From Planctomycetota bacterium (GTDB taxonomy: Bacteria > Planctomycetota > UBA11346): a DNA stretch of 64,000 bases. The notes beneath the pieces were generated by a model, which searched no databases, was not told where the DNA came from, and saw nothing but the letters and a program-made list of their open reading frames with translations. The position numbers and the translations under genes are program-made. Below, in pieces: positions 62,379-64,000 of the stretch. The DNA lies in contig PLEW01000138.1 of NCBI GenBank assembly GCA_003136555.1, forward strand, positions 29,002-93,001, written 5' to 3'. Within the stretch, counting starts at the first letter, position 1. Every line of letters begins with the position of its first letter.

Positions 62379-63146
62379 TCACAGGGTGCGCAGGTGGAAT
62401 CCGCCATCCACGTTGATCACTTCCCCGGTCGAGAAGGGGAGATCGCCACGCGCGATCGCCACTACCGCCCGCGCCACATCCTCAGGCTGGCCCCAGCGGC
62501 GTATCGGCGTCAGGCCTGCGCCGATCAGAGCGTCGTACTTGCTGCGCACCGCCCCGGTCATGTCGGTGGCGATCACCCCGGGGCGGATCTCGTAGACGCG
62601 GATCTGGTGCTCGGCCAGCCGGGTGGCGTAAAGCGACGTCATCATGCCGATGCCGGCCTTGGCGATGCAGTAGTCGCCGCGGTCGGTGCTGGCGGCATAG
62701 GCGCTGATCGAGCTGATGTTGACGATCTGCCCGCGGCTGCCAGCGGCATCCAAGGGGTGGGCGATCATGCGCCTGGCCACCAGCTGGCTGAGGAAGTAGG
62801 GGCCCTTGAGGTTCACCGCCAGCAGGCGATCGAAGCTCGATTCGTCGGCGTCGAGCAGATCGGCGCGCACGGCGGGGGCGATGCCGGCGTTGTTCACCAG
62901 CAGATCGATGCGCCCGCCCCAGTGCGCGGCCTGTGCGTCGATGCGTGCGCGGTCATCGCACTGGCTGATGTCGCCCTGGATGGCGATGGCATCACCGCCC
63001 GCCCGCTTGACCAGTTCGACGCATTCACCGGCCGCCGCTAGGTTGCCGGCATAGTTGACCGCCACCCGCCATCCCTCAGCACCGAGCGCGACCGCTATGC
63101 CGCGGCCGATGCCGCGAGAAGCGCCGGTGACGATGGCGACGCCCAT
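62379..63146 (-). CDS. SDR-family oxidoreductase (3-oxoacyl-ACP reductase-like)
   Basis: From ATG 63146 (RBS GGAGGA): [21 protein letters not shown] triad (ISSISAY..YCIAKAG), ..VDGGF. Confidence 0.88.
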   Translation of the reverse strand: MGVAIVTGASRGIGRGIAVALGAEGWRVAVNYAGNLAAAGECVELVKRAGGDAIAIQGDISQCDDRARIDAQAAHWGGRIDLLVNNAGIAPAVRADLLDADESSFDRLLAVNLKGPYFLSQLVARRMIAHPLDAAGSRGQIVNISSISAYAASTDRGDYCIAKAGIGMMTSLYATRLAEHQIRVYEIRPGVIATDMTGAVRSKYDALIGAGLTPIRRWGQPEDVARAVVAIARGDLPFSTGEVINVDGGFHLRTL

Positions 63147-63271
63147 AAGGTCCTCCGCTGCTGCGCCACACCTTGCCGGCAGGGGGACGCGGTCAAGGGG
63201 AGTCGCAAGCAAGCCCCGATCGGGGACTAATACGCTGTGAAATCGCTGATCCACGGGCGTGCGGCGGCGCC

Positions 63272-64000
63272 TCAGCGGAAAAACAGCAGCCCCACCACGA
63301 GCAGCACCGGCAGCAGGAAGGGGATGGCGTAGCGCAGGGTATAGGCGAGGAAATCCGGCATCGCCACCACCGCCCTGCCCTGGGCGTCCCTGGCCTCCTC
63401 GGCGACGGCCTTGACGATGAGGTTAGGGCCATTGCCGATATAGCTCAGCGCGCCCCAGAAGACCGAGGCCACGGCGATGGCTGCGAGCCGCTGCCCGACC
63501 AGGGCGTCCGCGGATCGCCCGAGCTCCGCTGCGCTCAAGCCGGTCGAGCCTTCGAGGGAGGAGAGGAAGGCGACGAAGGTCGGGGCGTTGTCGAGCACCC
63601 CCGAGCAGATGCCGGTCGCGCCATAGAGCACCATGGGTGTAAGCGGCAGGCCGGCAATGCTGCCGGATGCCGCCTGTGCATGCAGCAGGGCGATGGCCGG
63701 TGCCATGGCGATGAAGATGCCGGCGAACAGCCAGGCGACCTCCGAGATGGGGGCGAGCGAGAAGCGGTTCTCCTGCTGGTCGGCTGGTTCGGCCAGGCGG
63801 TGTGCCGCCAGGGCGATCGCCAGGAGGATCGCCTCGCGCACGATGCTGATGCGGTGGTGCTGGAACTCGAGCGCCGGCAGCCAGCTGCAGGTGGCGGGAT
63901 CGAGGAACAGGGTGGCGACCGCGACCACCAGCAGGCCGGCGATCGGCCAGCCGCGCACGTGCACCAGCGGGCGCTGCCCGTCGCCTGCTGCCGTGCCGCC
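63272..64000 (-). CDS. ArsB/NhaD-superfamily permease (citrate-transporter-like domain), C-terminal part; continues beyond the window
   Basis: Hydrophobic segments with ..[13 protein letters not shown].. and ..[16 protein letters not shown]... The frame is open from 63964 to the window edge at 64000. Confidence 0.7.
   Translation of the reverse strand, partial: GGTAAGDGQRPLVHVRGWPIAGLLVVAVATLFLDPATCSWLPALEFQHHRISIVREAILLAIALAAHRLAEPADQQENRFSLAPISEVAWLFAGIFIAMAPAIALLHAQAASGSIAGLPLTPMVLYGATGICSGVLDNAPTFVAFLSSLEGSTGLSAAELGRSADALVGQRLAAIAVASVFWGALSYIGNGPNLIVKAVAEEARDAQGRAVVAMPDFLAYTLRYAIPFLLPVLLVVGLLFFR

Overview
GC-rich bacterial chromosome segment, mostly housekeeping genes, tightly packed with several 4-nt ATGA start/stop overlaps. 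Planctomycete/Verrucomicrobia-style prepilin N-termini and Gfo/Idh/MocA plus TIM-barrel isomerase pairs suggest a PVC-group organism (inference). Many long ORFs in the track are antisense shadows typical of high-GC DNA; I kept about 55 CDS based on recognisable motifs and G/C-rich third codon positions. Recognised content: aromatic amino acid genes (pheA, class I DAHP synthase, aroA); rpmF-plsX; MoeB-like E1; nadD; lepA; glutamate synthase gltBD behind an archaeal-type NrpR-like regulator; glnD; citrate synthase; an SDR / FGGY kinase / LarA-like operon; cobB; tilS; ilvC; purU; murJ; rsmD; truD; miaB; glgA; menD; hemC. I saw no rRNA, tRNA or CRISPR array. The one clearly accessory element is a stand-alone TnpB (IS200/IS605-type RNA-guided nuclease) with an intact RuvC triad, sitting between ilvC and a lipoprotein gene. 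Other points worth a second look: the NrpR-like repressor with a CAATTG-rich leader; a LarA-like putative sugar-acid epimerase with no visible lar maturation genes; an orphan minimal ketosynthase with atypical codon usage; two loci where the coding signal changes frame; and a large Zn-ribbon/TM/beta-sandwich protein. Functional calls rest on motif recognition from memory, not on database searches.
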